A program made the position numbers and the translations under genes. From Gemmatimonadota bacterium (GTDB taxonomy: Bacteria > Gemmatimonadota > Gemmatimonadetes > Gemmatimonadales > Gemmatimonadaceae): 64,000 bases of DNA. Location of the stretch: NCBI GenBank assembly GCA_040007995.1, contig JBDTUA010000001.1, positions 19,794-83,793 on the forward strand, read 5' to 3'. Below are positions 18,451-27,383 of this stretch, piece by piece; the first letter of the stretch is position 1; each line of letters starts with the position of its first letter. The notes beneath the pieces are model-generated. The model did no database searches. It was not told the origin of the DNA and saw only the letters and a program-made list of their open reading frames with translations.

Positions 18451-19364
18451 GCGGGCAACTCCTCCTCGAAGGCGACCAGCCGCCGGAACTCCGCAAGCCG
18501 GGCGCGAATCGTTGCGTCGTCAATCTCCATCAGGCGATCGATGGAAAACTTCTCCACGGCGAACGATCCCATGGTCGAGCCGTACACAACGGCGCGGCGC
18601 ATGTGCGCCTCATCGAGTTTGCCGGCGCGCGCCAGGTACCCCATGAACCCGCCGGCAAAGCTGTCGCCCGCGCCAGTGGGATCGAAGACGTCCTCGAGCG
18701 GATAGGCCGGGGCGAAGAAGACCGACGAGGCGGTGAACATGAAGGCGCCGTGCTCTCCCTTCTTGATGATGACGATCCGCGGGCCGCGGGCAATGATCCA
18801 GCGCGCCGCCTTCACCAGGTTCGACTCTTCCGTCAGCTGCCGCGCCTCGGAGTCGTTCAGGAGAATCGCATCGACGTGTCCCAACAGCTCGAGCACATCG
18901 CTCCGCCGGCTCTCGATCCAGAAGTTCATGGTGTCGCAGGCGACCAGTTTCGGGCGCTCCACTTGCCGAAGCACATCCAGTTGCAGACGCGGGTCGATGT
19001 TGGCGAGGAAGACAAAGGGGGCGCGGCGAAACTGCTCGGGGATCTTCGGGCGGAAATGCGAGAAGACGCCGAGGCGCGTCTCGAGCGTCTCGGCCGAGTT
19101 GAGGTCGTGCCGGTAGCGTCCCCGCCAGCGGAAGGACTCGCCTTCCCCATGCTCCACGCCGCTCAAGTCGACGCCGCGTGCGGCTAACGGTGCCAGCTTC
19201 TTCACCGGGAAGTCGCTCCCGACCACGCCAACCAGTTGCACCGAGGTCAGATGGCTTGCCGACGCCGAAAAGAAGGTCCCGGACCCTCCGAGCACCTCTT
19301 CTGCCTTGCCAAACGGTGTCTCGACGGAATCGAGGGCGACGGAACCTACGACGAGGACGGACAT
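18447..19364 (-). CDS. PfkB/ribokinase-family carbohydrate or nucleoside kinase
   Basis: N-terminal VVGSVALDSV...GGSG and C-terminal DPTGAGDSFAGGFMGYL (PfkB signature 2). ATGA overlap with purM. Substrate cannot be determined. Confidence 0.8.
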   Translation of the reverse strand: MSVLVVGSVALDSVETPFGKAEEVLGGSGTFFSASASHLTSVQLVGVVGSDFPVKKLAPLAARGVDLSGVEHGEGESFRWRGRYRHDLNSAETLETRLGVFSHFRPKIPEQFRRAPFVFLANIDPRLQLDVLRQVERPKLVACDTMNFWIESRRSDVLELLGHVDAILLNDSEARQLTEESNLVKAARWIIARGPRIVIIKKGEHGAFMFTASSVFFAPAYPLEDVFDPTGAGDSFAGGFMGYLARAGKLDEAHMRRAVVYGSTMGSFAVEKFSIDRLMEIDDATIRARLAEFRRLVAFEEELPA

Positions 19365-19373
19365 GGGAGGGCG

Positions 19374-19405
19374 GAAGACGAGAAGACGAGAAGACGAGAA
19401 GACGA
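19374..19405 (-). repeat. Four perfect tandem copies of an 8-bp unit (GAAGACGA on +, UCGUCUUC in the transcript) in the pfkB-purM leader
   Basis: Read directly: gGAAGACGAGAAGACGAGAAGACGAGAAGACGAgg. It ends 9 nt upstream of the pfkB ATG (19364). The leader reads ...(UCGUCUUC)x4 CGCCCUCCC AUG with no purine-rich SD. Confidence 0.9.
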
Positions 19406-19497
19406 GGAACGTGCAGGTGCAACGCGGGATGTCGTGCGCGAGGGACGCTTCGACGTGCGGCGCGGGGGACGCGCGCGCGCGGTTCGGTGGGGGGCGC

Positions 19498-21141
19498 CTA
19501 CATCCGTTCGGGGGCGGAGATGCCGAGGATCCCCAGGCCGTTCGATATCACCAGGTGCGCGGCGCGCGCGAGTGCGAGACGGGCGGATAGAATCGGTTCC
19601 GGCTCTCCAAGTACGTGACACTTGTGATACCAGGTGTGCACGAGACGCGCGGTGTCGAGCAGGTACGACGCGACGAGATGCGGCGCGAGCGTCCGGGCCG
19701 CCGCCGCGACAAGCGCCGGATAGCCGAGCAGCGCCTTCACGAGCTCGCGCTCATCCGGCTCGGCCAGGGCGCTCCAGTCGACCCCGACGCCGGTAATGGC
19801 TGCGACGTCGATCTCTCCCACCCGAAAGATCCCGGAGACGCGCGCATGCGCCATCTGGATGTAGTACACCGGGTTTTCCTCACTCTGTGCGCGCGCCACG
19901 TCGACATCAAAGACGAGTTGCGAATCCGACTTCCGCATGAGGAGGAAGTAGCGCACCGCATCGCGCCCAACCTCGTCGACCAGGTCGCGCACCGTCACGT
20001 AACTCCCGGCACGCTTCGAGATCTTGACCTCCTCGCCGGCGCGCATGACGGTGACCATCTGGTGCAGCTCGTATTCGGGGTAGCCGGCGGGAATCCCTTC
20101 GCCTAACGCCTGGAGCCCGGCGCGCACGCGCGTGACGGTGCTGTGGTGGTCGGCCCCCTGTACGTCGATCGCGCGCGCGAAGCCGCGCCGCCACTTGGCG
20201 AGATGATACGCGACATCGGGAACGAAGTAGGTGTACGTCCCGTCCGACTTGCGCATCACCCGGTCCTTGTCGTCACCGTACTCGGTCGTGCGCAGCCAGA
20301 GCGCGCCGTCCTGCACGAACGTGTGCCCTTTCTCGACGAGCATCCGCACCGCTTCGTCGACCTTGCCGTCCGTGTACAGCGACGACTCGAGGTAGTACAC
20401 GTCGAACTTGACGCCGAACGTCTGGAGATCCTTGTCCTGCTCGGCGCGCAAGGCAGCGACGGCGAACTGCCGGATCGCCTCGAGAGCGTCGCCCGCCGTG
20501 TCCTCGAGATTGGCGGCCACGTAGTCGCGCGCGATCTCGCGGATGTACTCGCCGTGGTAGCCCCCTTCAGGAATCTCCTCGTGCCCCGTGGACAGTTCGC
20601 GCACTCTCGCCTGCACGGAGCGCGCCAGGTTGGCGATCTGCACCCCGCCGTCGTTGTAGTAGAACTCACGCGTCACCTTCCAGCCCGATGAGGTCAGCAA
20701 GGTCGCGATAGCATCGCCGAGCGCGGCCTGTCGCCCGTGCCCGACGTGCAGGGGGCCGGTCGGGTTGGCCGAGACGAATTCGATGTTCACCACCCGCCCG
20801 TCGCCGTCGTGCGATCGGCCATACATCGGGCCGGCCGCGAGCAAGGGGACGAGTCCTTGCGCCTCCGCACCCGCCGCCAGGCGGAAGTTGATGAAGCCCG
20901 CACCGGCGACGTAGGCGTCCGACACCCCGGCGCGCGCCACATCGAGGTGAGAGACCAGTTCTTGCGCGATGTCCAGCGGCTTTCGCTTGAGGTGACGCGC
21001 GAGAACCATCGCGGCATTGCTCGCCCAATCACCAAACGACGGATCGCGTGGCCGTTCAAGCAACGGAAGGAAGTCGGTCGGGGCGCCGATCGCCGCCGCC
21101 GCCGCGCCGAGCGCATCCTTGAGCAACTGCTCCGGCGTCAT
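19498..21141 (-). CDS. argS: Arginine--tRNA ligase
   Basis: 547 aa with SANPTGPLHVGHGR (HIGH region), a class I core and a C-terminal anticodon-binding domain ending ...GISAPERM. Confidence 0.95.
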   Translation of the reverse strand: MTPEQLLKDALGAAAAAIGAPTDFLPLLERPRDPSFGDWASNAAMVLARHLKRKPLDIAQELVSHLDVARAGVSDAYVAGAGFINFRLAAGAEAQGLVPLLAAGPMYGRSHDGDGRVVNIEFVSANPTGPLHVGHGRQAALGDAIATLLTSSGWKVTREFYYNDGGVQIANLARSVQARVRELSTGHEEIPEGGYHGEYIREIARDYVAANLEDTAGDALEAIRQFAVAALRAEQDKDLQTFGVKFDVYYLESSLYTDGKVDEAVRMLVEKGHTFVQDGALWLRTTEYGDDKDRVMRKSDGTYTYFVPDVAYHLAKWRRGFARAIDVQGADHHSTVTRVRAGLQALGEGIPAGYPEYELHQMVTVMRAGEEVKISKRAGSYVTVRDLVDEVGRDAVRYFLLMRKSDSQLVFDVDVARAQSEENPVYYIQMAHARVSGIFRVGEIDVAAITGVGVDWSALAEPDERELVKALLGYPALVAAAARTLAPHLVASYLLDTARLVHTWYHKCHVLGEPEPILSARLALARAAHLVISNGLGILGISAPERM

Positions 21142-21782
21142 TCCTTATTGCCCGACTTCTTGGGCGAGGACCTGCCAGCGGACGACGAGTCGCCAGACTT
21201 CGACGAGTCTCCAGACCGTCCCGAGTTACCCGAGTTACCCGAGTTACCCGAGCTGCCCGAGCTGCCCGAGCTGCCCGAGCTGCCGGAGCTGCCGGAGCCA
21301 CCCGAGCCACCCGAGCTACCCGAGCTACCCGAGCTACCCGAGCTACCCGAGCTACCCGAGCTACCCGAGCTGCCGGAGCTGCCGGAGCTGCCGGAGCTGC
21401 CTGACCCGCCGGAGCCGCTCCCTCCGGCAGACCCGCCAGAACCCGACCCGCCTCCGGACTTTCCGCTCTCGCCTGAGCCGCCTGAACTCTCCGACGTACC
21501 ACTCCCGCCGCCGGACTCTCCCGAGGACGACTTTCCTTCGCCCTTCGACGACGACTCGCCCCCTCCGCTCCCGCTGGCGGCCCGCGCGTCCTTCTTCCCG
21601 TCCTTCCCGTAGTCCGTGATGTAGAACCCTGATCCCTTGAAGATCAGCGCCGCACCACCGGAAATCATGCGAACGGCCATCCCTGAGCCGTCGGGAGCGG
21701 GGATCTCGGAAGGAACTTCGGAGATCTTGAAGATGCGCTCGATGATCGAGCCATCGGGACAGCGAAACTCGTAAGTCGGCAT
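21138..21782 (-). CDS. FmdB-family (putative regulatory, zinc-ribbon-derived) protein with degenerate Cys ligands and a long Ser/Gly low-complexity tail
   Basis: The N-terminus MPTYEFRCPDGSIIERIF...IPAPDGSGMAVRMISGGAALIFKGSGFYITDYGK matches the FmdB pattern (MPxYEYxCxxCG...CPxCG...KGSGFYxTDY), but only 1 of the 4 Cys is present. The C-terminal ~140 aa are (G/S)-rich and encoded by 9-bp repeats. ATGA overlap with argS. Confidence 0.7.
   Translation of the reverse strand: MPTYEFRCPDGSIIERIFKISEVPSEIPAPDGSGMAVRMISGGAALIFKGSGFYITDYGKDGKKDARAASGSGGGESSSKGEGKSSSGESGGGSGTSESSGGSGESGKSGGGSGSGGSAGGSGSGGSGSSGSSGSSGSSGSSGSSGSSGSSGSSGSSGGSGGSGSSGSSGSSGSSGSSGNSGNSGNSGRSGDSSKSGDSSSAGRSSPKKSGNKE
21220..21399 (-). 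repeat. About 20 tandem copies of a 9-bp unit (CCSGAGYYR on +; GSS/GNS in protein) inside the FmdB-like gene
   Basis: Read directly as consecutive blocks: 3x CCCGAGTTA, 4x CCCGAGCTG, CCGGAGCTG, CCGGAGCCA, CCCGAGCCA, 6x CCCGAGCTA, CCCGAGCTG, 3x CCGGAGCTG. The blocks of identical units suggest recent slippage. Confidence 0.95.
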
Positions 21783-21863
21783 GCGTGGGTTCTGGTATGC
21801 AAGCGTTCCCGCTTCAAGAACTTAGCCGCGCGGTAGGCGACCCTCAACCGGCGTATCCCCGGA

Positions 21864-23519
21864 CTATACCGGTCGGTAGCTGCTCCAGCACGACTGGAGC
21901 GTGTCGCTGATCTCGCCAACCGACGCGCGCGCCCGCACCGCCTCGAGAATGAGCGGCATCAGCGGCGGGAGCGAATCCGGGTCGGCCGTGTGCGCTGCGC
22001 GTGCGGCGTCCGACTCCGTTTGGGGATCCGGATCGACGTCGGCATACGATGTCGCCGCCTCCGCGAGTGCCTCCAGCGCGCGCGATACGCGTGTCGCGTC
22101 GCGCGAGGCTCGCACGCGTTCCACCCGTTCGACCTGCTCGCGTTCGAGCTGGGAAAAGTCGGGTGACGGAATGATCGGCGGATCCTCGTCATCTCCGTAC
22201 CGATTGACGCCGACCACGACGATCTCCCCCGACTCGACGCGCAGCTGATGCGCATATGCACTGCGCGCGATCTCGTCCTGGAAGAAGCCGGCGGCGATCG
22301 CGCGCTCGGCCCCTCCAAGCGCGTCGACCTTCTCGAGTAGCGCCACCGCCTCCGCCTCGAGTGCGTCGGTGAGCGCCTCGACGAAGTACGAACCCGCCAG
22401 CGGATCGACCGTGCCGGCGATGCCCGACTCGAAGGCTACGATCTGCTGGGTGCGCAACGCCAGCGTTGCCGCCTCGGCGGTGGGGAGGGCGAGTGCCTCG
22501 TCGTATCCGTTCGTGTGCAGCGACTGCGTGCCGCCTAACGTGGCCGCGAGCGTCTGTACGGTCACGCGCACGACGTTATTGAGCGGTTGTTGCGCGGTCA
22601 GTGTCACCCCGCCGGTCTGGGTGTGAAACCGCAGGCGGCAGCTTGTATCACTCGCGCCGAAGCGATCACGCATGAGCCGCGCGTAGAGGCGTCGCGCGGC
22701 GCGGAACTTGGCCACTTCCTCGAACAGGTCGTTGTGCGCCGCAAAGAAGAAGGAGAGGCGCGGCGCAAAACTGTCGATCGCAAGTCCGGCAGCGATCGCA
22801 CGCTGCACGTACTCGACCGTGTTGGCGAAGGTGAAAGCCAGTTCCTGCACCGCGGTCGCGCCGGCTTCCCGGATGTGGTACCCCGAGATCGAAATGGGAT
22901 TCCAGTTGGGGACGGAAGTTGCGCAGTACCGGAAGATATCGGCGATCAGGCGCAACGACGGCCCGGGCGGGTAGATGTATGTCCCTCGGGCGATGTATTC
23001 CTTGAGCAAGTCGTTCTGGATCGTCCCGCTGACGCGGCTGGCGTCGATGCCGCGCTCTTCGGCCACGACGAGATACATGGCCAGGAGCGTCGCCGCGGTG
23101 GCGTTGATCGTCATCGACGTCGATATCTGGTCGAGCGGCAGGTCGCGCAGGAGGGCGTGCATGTCCTCCACGGTGTCGATGGCCACCCCGACGCGACCCA
23201 CCTCGCCCAGCGCGCGCGGCGCATCGCTGTCGATCCCCATTTGCGTCGGCAGGTCGAAGGCCACCGACAAGCCGGTCTGTCCCGCGTCGAGCAGGTGCCG
23301 GAAGCGGGCATTGGTCTCAGTGGCAGTTCCGAAGCCGGCGTATTGTCGCATGGTCCAGGTGCGACCGCGATACATGTTCGGCTGCACGCCGCGCGTATAG
23401 GGAAAGTGTCCCGGTTCGCCTAACGACTCCTCATACGACCCGTGGACGTCGGCGGGGCGATAGACCGCCTGGAGCGGAATCCCCGAAGGGGTGTGGCGTT
23501 CATCGGAGGGCTTGGCCAT
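21864..23519 (-). CDS. Methylmalonyl-CoA mutase-family (acyl-CoA mutase) catalytic subunit, without a B12-binding domain
   Basis: [24 protein letters not shown]..., [27 protein letters not shown] and [13 protein letters not shown] are MCM large-subunit (TIM-barrel) motifs. The protein ends after about 551 aa with no DxHxxG cobalamin domain. Confidence 0.85.
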   Translation of the reverse strand: MAKPSDERHTPSGIPLQAVYRPADVHGSYEESLGEPGHFPYTRGVQPNMYRGRTWTMRQYAGFGTATETNARFRHLLDAGQTGLSVAFDLPTQMGIDSDAPRALGEVGRVGVAIDTVEDMHALLRDLPLDQISTSMTINATAATLLAMYLVVAEERGIDASRVSGTIQNDLLKEYIARGTYIYPPGPSLRLIADIFRYCATSVPNWNPISISGYHIREAGATAVQELAFTFANTVEYVQRAIAAGLAIDSFAPRLSFFFAAHNDLFEEVAKFRAARRLYARLMRDRFGASDTSCRLRFHTQTGGVTLTAQQPLNNVVRVTVQTLAATLGGTQSLHTNGYDEALALPTAEAATLALRTQQIVAFESGIAGTVDPLAGSYFVEALTDALEAEAVALLEKVDALGGAERAIAAGFFQDEIARSAYAHQLRVESGEIVVVGVNRYGDDEDPPIIPSPDFSQLEREQVERVERVRASRDATRVSRALEALAEAATSYADVDPDPQTESDAARAAHTADPDSLPPLMPLILEAVRARASVGEISDTLQSCWSSYRPV

Positions 23520-23611
23520 GGCTCCAAGTTAGTCAACGGCGCGAAGCGACCGCAGCGGAGACGATCCCGGCGCGCCTCGCCCGCCGGGCACGCTGACGGC
23601 CGACAAACGCC

Positions 23612-23642
23612 GACGGGACGCGCCCAAGCGGCACGTCCCGTC
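23612..23642 (-). terminator. Possible intrinsic terminator downstream of fbp
   Basis: Minus-strand hairpin GACGGGACG-N13-CGUCCCGUC (9-bp perfect stem), followed by GGCGUUUGUC. The U-tract is weak. Confidence 0.35.
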
Positions 23643-23678
23643 GTCCAGCCTCCCGCGCGAGCGGCGAAACGACTCGCG

Positions 23679-24704
23679 CTATCCGACTGCCGCCAGCTGA
23701 CGGGAGAGCATCTCGCGCGCGACCTCGATGTCGTCGCGGCTTCCGATGTACAGCGGCGTGCGCTGGTGCAACTCCGTGGGCTGCACATCCAGGATTTCGT
23801 GCGTTCCGTCGTACGCGGCCCCACCGGCTTCCTTCGCGATGAAGGCGAGCGGATTCGCCTCGTAGAGGAGGCGCAGCTTTCCCCTGATCGACTGGCGGTT
23901 GGCGGGATACGCGAAGATGCCGCCGCCGAGCAGGTTCCGGTGGAAGTCCGCGACGAGCGATCCCACGTAGCGAACGCTCATCGCCTTCTGCTGCCCGTCA
24001 AGCCCGCGATAGCGCCGCATGAGCGCCTTCACGTTCTCATCCCAGAATTGCTCGTACGAATCGTTCACCGAGAGATATCGCCCGCGCACGGGGATCCGGA
24101 TGTCGGGGTGCGAGAGCAGGAACTCACCGATCGATGGATCGAGCGTGAAGCCGTGTACACCCTGTCCGGTGGTGTAGACCAGCATCGTGCTTGAACCGTA
24201 GATGATGTAGCCGGCCGCCACCTGGCGCCGACCCGGCTGGAGCATGTCCTCCATCTCTCCGTGCGCCCCGCGAGTAATCTTCCGCATCACCGAGAAGATC
24301 GTTCCAACCGGCACGTTCACGTCGATGTTCGACGACCCATCGAGCGGGTCGAAGAGCAATACGTAGTTCCCGCACTTGAACGGGTCGGGGATCGGGATGA
24401 TGTCGGGCTCTTCTTCTGACGCCATCGCGCAGAGGCGCCCGGTATGGTCCATCGCCTTGATGATGGTTTCGTTGGCGAAGACGTCGAGCTTCTGCTGGAT
24501 CTCACCCTGGACGTTTTCGGTGTCCATGGATCCCAGGATGTCGACCAGACCGGCGCGTCGCACCTTGCTGGCGATCATCTTGGCGGCGAGCGCGATGTCA
24601 TACAGGATCGACGAGAGCGCCCCGGTGGCATCCGGAAAGAGGCGTTCCTGCTCGATGATGAACCGCTCGATGGTAACGACGGAGGTGGCGGTGTGCTTGA
24701 CCAC
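23679..24704 (-). CDS. fbp: Fructose-1,6-bisphosphatase, class 1
   Basis: [35 protein letters not shown]..., [15 protein letters not shown] and [21 protein letters not shown] are class I FBPase motifs. Confidence 0.9.
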   Translation of the reverse strand: MVKHTATSVVTIERFIIEQERLFPDATGALSSILYDIALAAKMIASKVRRAGLVDILGSMDTENVQGEIQQKLDVFANETIIKAMDHTGRLCAMASEEEPDIIPIPDPFKCGNYVLLFDPLDGSSNIDVNVPVGTIFSVMRKITRGAHGEMEDMLQPGRRQVAAGYIIYGSSTMLVYTTGQGVHGFTLDPSIGEFLLSHPDIRIPVRGRYLSVNDSYEQFWDENVKALMRRYRGLDGQQKAMSVRYVGSLVADFHRNLLGGGIFAYPANRQSIRGKLRLLYEANPLAFIAKEAGGAAYDGTHEILDVQPTELHQRTPLYIGSRDDIEVAREMLSRQLAAVG

Positions 24705-24706
24705 GT

Positions 24707-25105
24707 CTACGCGCCCTCGTTGAAAGAGTCTTCGGGTGGGATCCGCACGCGCTCGGCGGCAAAGCGTCGCGCGTCCACTTCGAAGCGATTGTGAAAGTAG
24801 CCGCGCCGCAGAGACTCCCAGACGTAGCGCAGCGGGAACGCTCGTACCGACTCAAACTGATGAACGTGTCGAAGCTCGTGCAAGAGTAATTCCGCGGTCG
24901 GCGCTGCGCTGGTGCCGAGCCAGACGGTGCGACCGTACGTGATCCCCGCCACCGACGATCGTCCCAGACACCAGCCGCCGAGGCGCGGCAGGAGGCCGCC
25001 GCGACGTAAGCGCATCTGCGCAAGTTCCGGAAAGTTGGCGAGAAGTGCCCGCGGATGTTCTTCGCGCACCCCTGCAATCGTTTTCAGCGCCCCTGCAAGC
25101 AGCAT
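24707..25105 (-). CDS. Small HExxH protein, DUF4157-like putative zinc metallopeptidase domain
   Basis: [11 protein letters not shown]...[15 protein letters not shown] resembles the DUF4157 core (GxTxGxxIxx...HELxHVxQ). It is wedged between comEC (12-nt gap) and fbp (2-nt gap). Confidence 0.5.
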   Translation of the reverse strand: MLLAGALKTIAGVREEHPRALLANFPELAQMRLRRGGLLPRLGGWCLGRSSVAGITYGRTVWLGTSAAPTAELLLHELRHVHQFESVRAFPLRYVWESLRRGYFHNRFEVDARRFAAERVRIPPEDSFNEGA

Positions 25106-25117
25106 AGTCTCCGCAAT

Positions 25118-27361
25118 TCATCGGCGAGGCACTCCCGCGGGGACCGAATCCCCTGCCCCGCCCGCTCGGCGGGTCCAGCGTTCGTCATTTGCCCGCACCT
25201 CGAGATCGTGCCCATCGGTGGAGACGACGATGGTCCCGTCGTCGTCGGTGCGCAACAGGTGCACACCTCGCTCGTCGAGCGCCTGCAACACTTCTCGAGA
25301 GGGATGATGATAGCTGTTGCCCGTACCAACCGAGACCAGCGCGACCCTCGGCCGCACGGCGTTGAGAAAGTCCGGAGTGGAACTGGTAGAGCTGCCATGG
25401 TGCCCGACCTTGAGAATGTCCGAGCGCAGCCCGTCACCGTATCGGGTGAGCAACCAGCGCTCTTCTCGCGCCTCCGCGTCCCCCATCAATAGCACACGGA
25501 CAGCCCCATACGAAAGCTGCAGGACGACGCTCGCCTCGTTCGGATTGTCGAGTCCCGCCATCCACGCGGAGTCGGGCGCCAATACCCGAACCGCGACGTT
25601 GTCGAACGAGATACTGTCGCCAGCCGCAACATGTCGCCACGCCCGCCGGTGCGCGCGGACCGACTCCAATACTCCACGATAGACCGCGCTTCCCGAGACG
25701 TAGGCGCCATCCCACACGGTGTCCGGCGCCGCTCGGTCAATCAGTGTAGCAACGCCGCCGATGTGATCGAGGTGCGGGTGCGACATGGTCAGGTACACCA
25801 CGTCTCCACCGAAGCGCCGCAGGTATGGCCACACGATGGAGGCCGCGGCGTCGCCTCCGCGCCACCCTCCGCCCGCGTCGACGAGCAGCCAGCGACCGCG
25901 CGGCGACCGGACGGCCACGGCGTCTCCCTGTCCCACGTCGAGCATGTGCAGCTCCAATCGACCCGGACCGGGTCGCAGGGACGGCCACCACGATGCCACC
26001 GCGAGCGCGCCTAACGACACGGTCGCCGGCCGGCGCCACCAGGTGGCGACAAGCGCCACCAGTCCTGCGGACGCTGCCACGCCGAGGAGCGCGGCAGTCG
26101 TGGCGTCCGGCTCGAAGCGCAGTACCGCCCAGGGGAGCGCCCCGCCGATGCGGGCAACGAGGTCGATCAGGGCGAGCGCCGCTCGCGCCCCCTCGGAGAG
26201 CACCCGCGATAGGGGTGCAATCGGAAGCGCCACGAGCGATGCGAAGAGGAGCGGCTGCGCGACCTCGAAGAGCGGTGCCGCAGCGACGTTCGTCAGGACG
26301 GCGGCGAGGCTGATGCGCCCGAACACCCACGCCACCAGCGGTGCCGTCGTGAGCGACGCCACTGTTGTTGCCACCATGGATCCCAGCACCGCGCGCCGCC
26401 AGCCACGGCGTCGCCCCACCACATGACGCGCCACGCGAGCGCTGGCCAGCAACCCGGCCATGCCCGTCACGCTCAGCTGCCACCCCAAATCGAGCACGAC
26501 GTGCGGGTCGAGCAGGGGGACGGCGCACGACGCCGCCCACACCCCCCACGGCATCGTCGGTCGTTGCCGTGTGCGGGCGACCAGCACCAGCAGGAGCATG
26601 AGCGCGGAGCGCACGGCAGGCGGCGGCGCCCCGATGAACAGCACGAAGGCGAAGGTCACGCCTAACGCGAACGCGTCAGCCAGCGCGATGCCGGCGCCGG
26701 CGACCACCGCGATCCCCCTCACCGAGTTGGCGATGATCCCGACGTGCAGTCCCGACACCGACAGCATGTGCACGATGCCGGCGTCGGCGAAGCGATCGCG
26801 CACGGTCCGGTCGACGTCGTCCGCATCCGCCAGCAGCAGCGCTCGCGCCAGCGGTGCGTCCTTGCCATAGAGCGCATCGATGCGCCCTCCGGTCCAGCGG
26901 CGCCAGCGCGCCAGCCGCCCCGCCGTCCGAATGACGCGGACCTGCGCGTCGCCGATGTCGAGCGCGGTGCCCCGTCGGGCGAACAGGCCCGTCACGCGAA
27001 CGGTCGTCCCGGACGGATACTCCCCTGAGCGGACGCGCACCCGCACGCGAACACCACACGCACCGCGCTCAACGACACCTCGACCCGTCTGCCCTGGCGC
27101 CAGGTCGGAGACCAACCGCACGACGGCCACCGACTCGGCACGCACGGCGCCAAGGCAGCGCGCGTCGCCGGCCCGGGTCCACTCTCCTTCCGCCGCGCCG
27201 GCGCCGAGCGACGCTGCGGCAGCGACAATGTCCCATCGACCGCACCCGCCGCCGACGAGCGCGACCCCGACCGCCAACGCCCCCCCCCAAACAACCACGC
27301 CGCCGAATCCCATCAGGAGCCCGGCGGCGTATGCGACGAACGCGATGGCCACGAGTGGCAT
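25118..27361 (-). CDS. comEC: DNA internalization-related competence protein ComEC/Rec2 (with C-terminal metallo-beta-lactamase domain)
   Basis: Polytopic N-terminal part with the ComEC core (GIVHMLSVSGLHVGII). C-terminal MBL motifs are HMLDVGQGDAVAV, LTMSHPHLDHIGG and LKVGHHGS. The start MPLVAIAF (ATG 27361) is preceded by GGAGG. Confidence 0.85.
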   Translation of the reverse strand: MPLVAIAFVAYAAGLLMGFGGVVVWGGALAVGVALVGGGCGRWDIVAAAASLGAGAAEGEWTRAGDARCLGAVRAESVAVVRLVSDLAPGQTGRGVVERGACGVRVRVRVRSGEYPSGTTVRVTGLFARRGTALDIGDAQVRVIRTAGRLARWRRWTGGRIDALYGKDAPLARALLLADADDVDRTVRDRFADAGIVHMLSVSGLHVGIIANSVRGIAVVAGAGIALADAFALGVTFAFVLFIGAPPPAVRSALMLLLVLVARTRQRPTMPWGVWAASCAVPLLDPHVVLDLGWQLSVTGMAGLLASARVARHVVGRRRGWRRAVLGSMVATTVASLTTAPLVAWVFGRISLAAVLTNVAAAPLFEVAQPLLFASLVALPIAPLSRVLSEGARAALALIDLVARIGGALPWAVLRFEPDATTAALLGVAASAGLVALVATWWRRPATVSLGALAVASWWPSLRPGPGRLELHMLDVGQGDAVAVRSPRGRWLLVDAGGGWRGGDAAASIVWPYLRRFGGDVVYLTMSHPHLDHIGGVATLIDRAAPDTVWDGAYVSGSAVYRGVLESVRAHRRAWRHVAAGDSISFDNVAVRVLAPDSAWMAGLDNPNEASVVLQLSYGAVRVLLMGDAEAREERWLLTRYGDGLRSDILKVGHHGSSTSSTPDFLNAVRPRVALVSVGTGNSYHHPSREVLQALDERGVHLLRTDDDGTIVVSTDGHDLEVRANDERWTRRAGGAGDSVPAGVPRR

Positions 27362-27383
27362 CGCCCCTCCCTGCGGCGCGCGT

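Noticed and set aside
19406-19497. ZTP/pfl or purine riboswitch upstream of pfkB-purM.
   Set aside because: The minus-strand leader is pyrimidine-rich and lacks the GGGUCGUGAC...CCGCCUGGGC-type ZTP blocks and a purine-aptamer three-way junction, as far as I can see.
21220-21399. Tandem repeat tract considered as a CRISPR array.
   Set aside because: The 9-bp units are contiguous with no spacers, in frame within a CDS, and there are no cas genes. It is a coding minisatellite.
21017-21619. A + strand ORF encoding PSYPSYPSCPSCRSC... repeats.
   Set aside because: It is the mirror image of the 9-bp repeat tract. The minus-strand frame carries the recognisable FmdB-like N-terminus and is coupled to argS.
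21790-21820. Sigma-54-like promoter (GGAACGCTTGCA) upstream of the FmdB-like gene.
   Set aside because: The GG and GC elements are separated by 7 nt rather than the required 10 nt.
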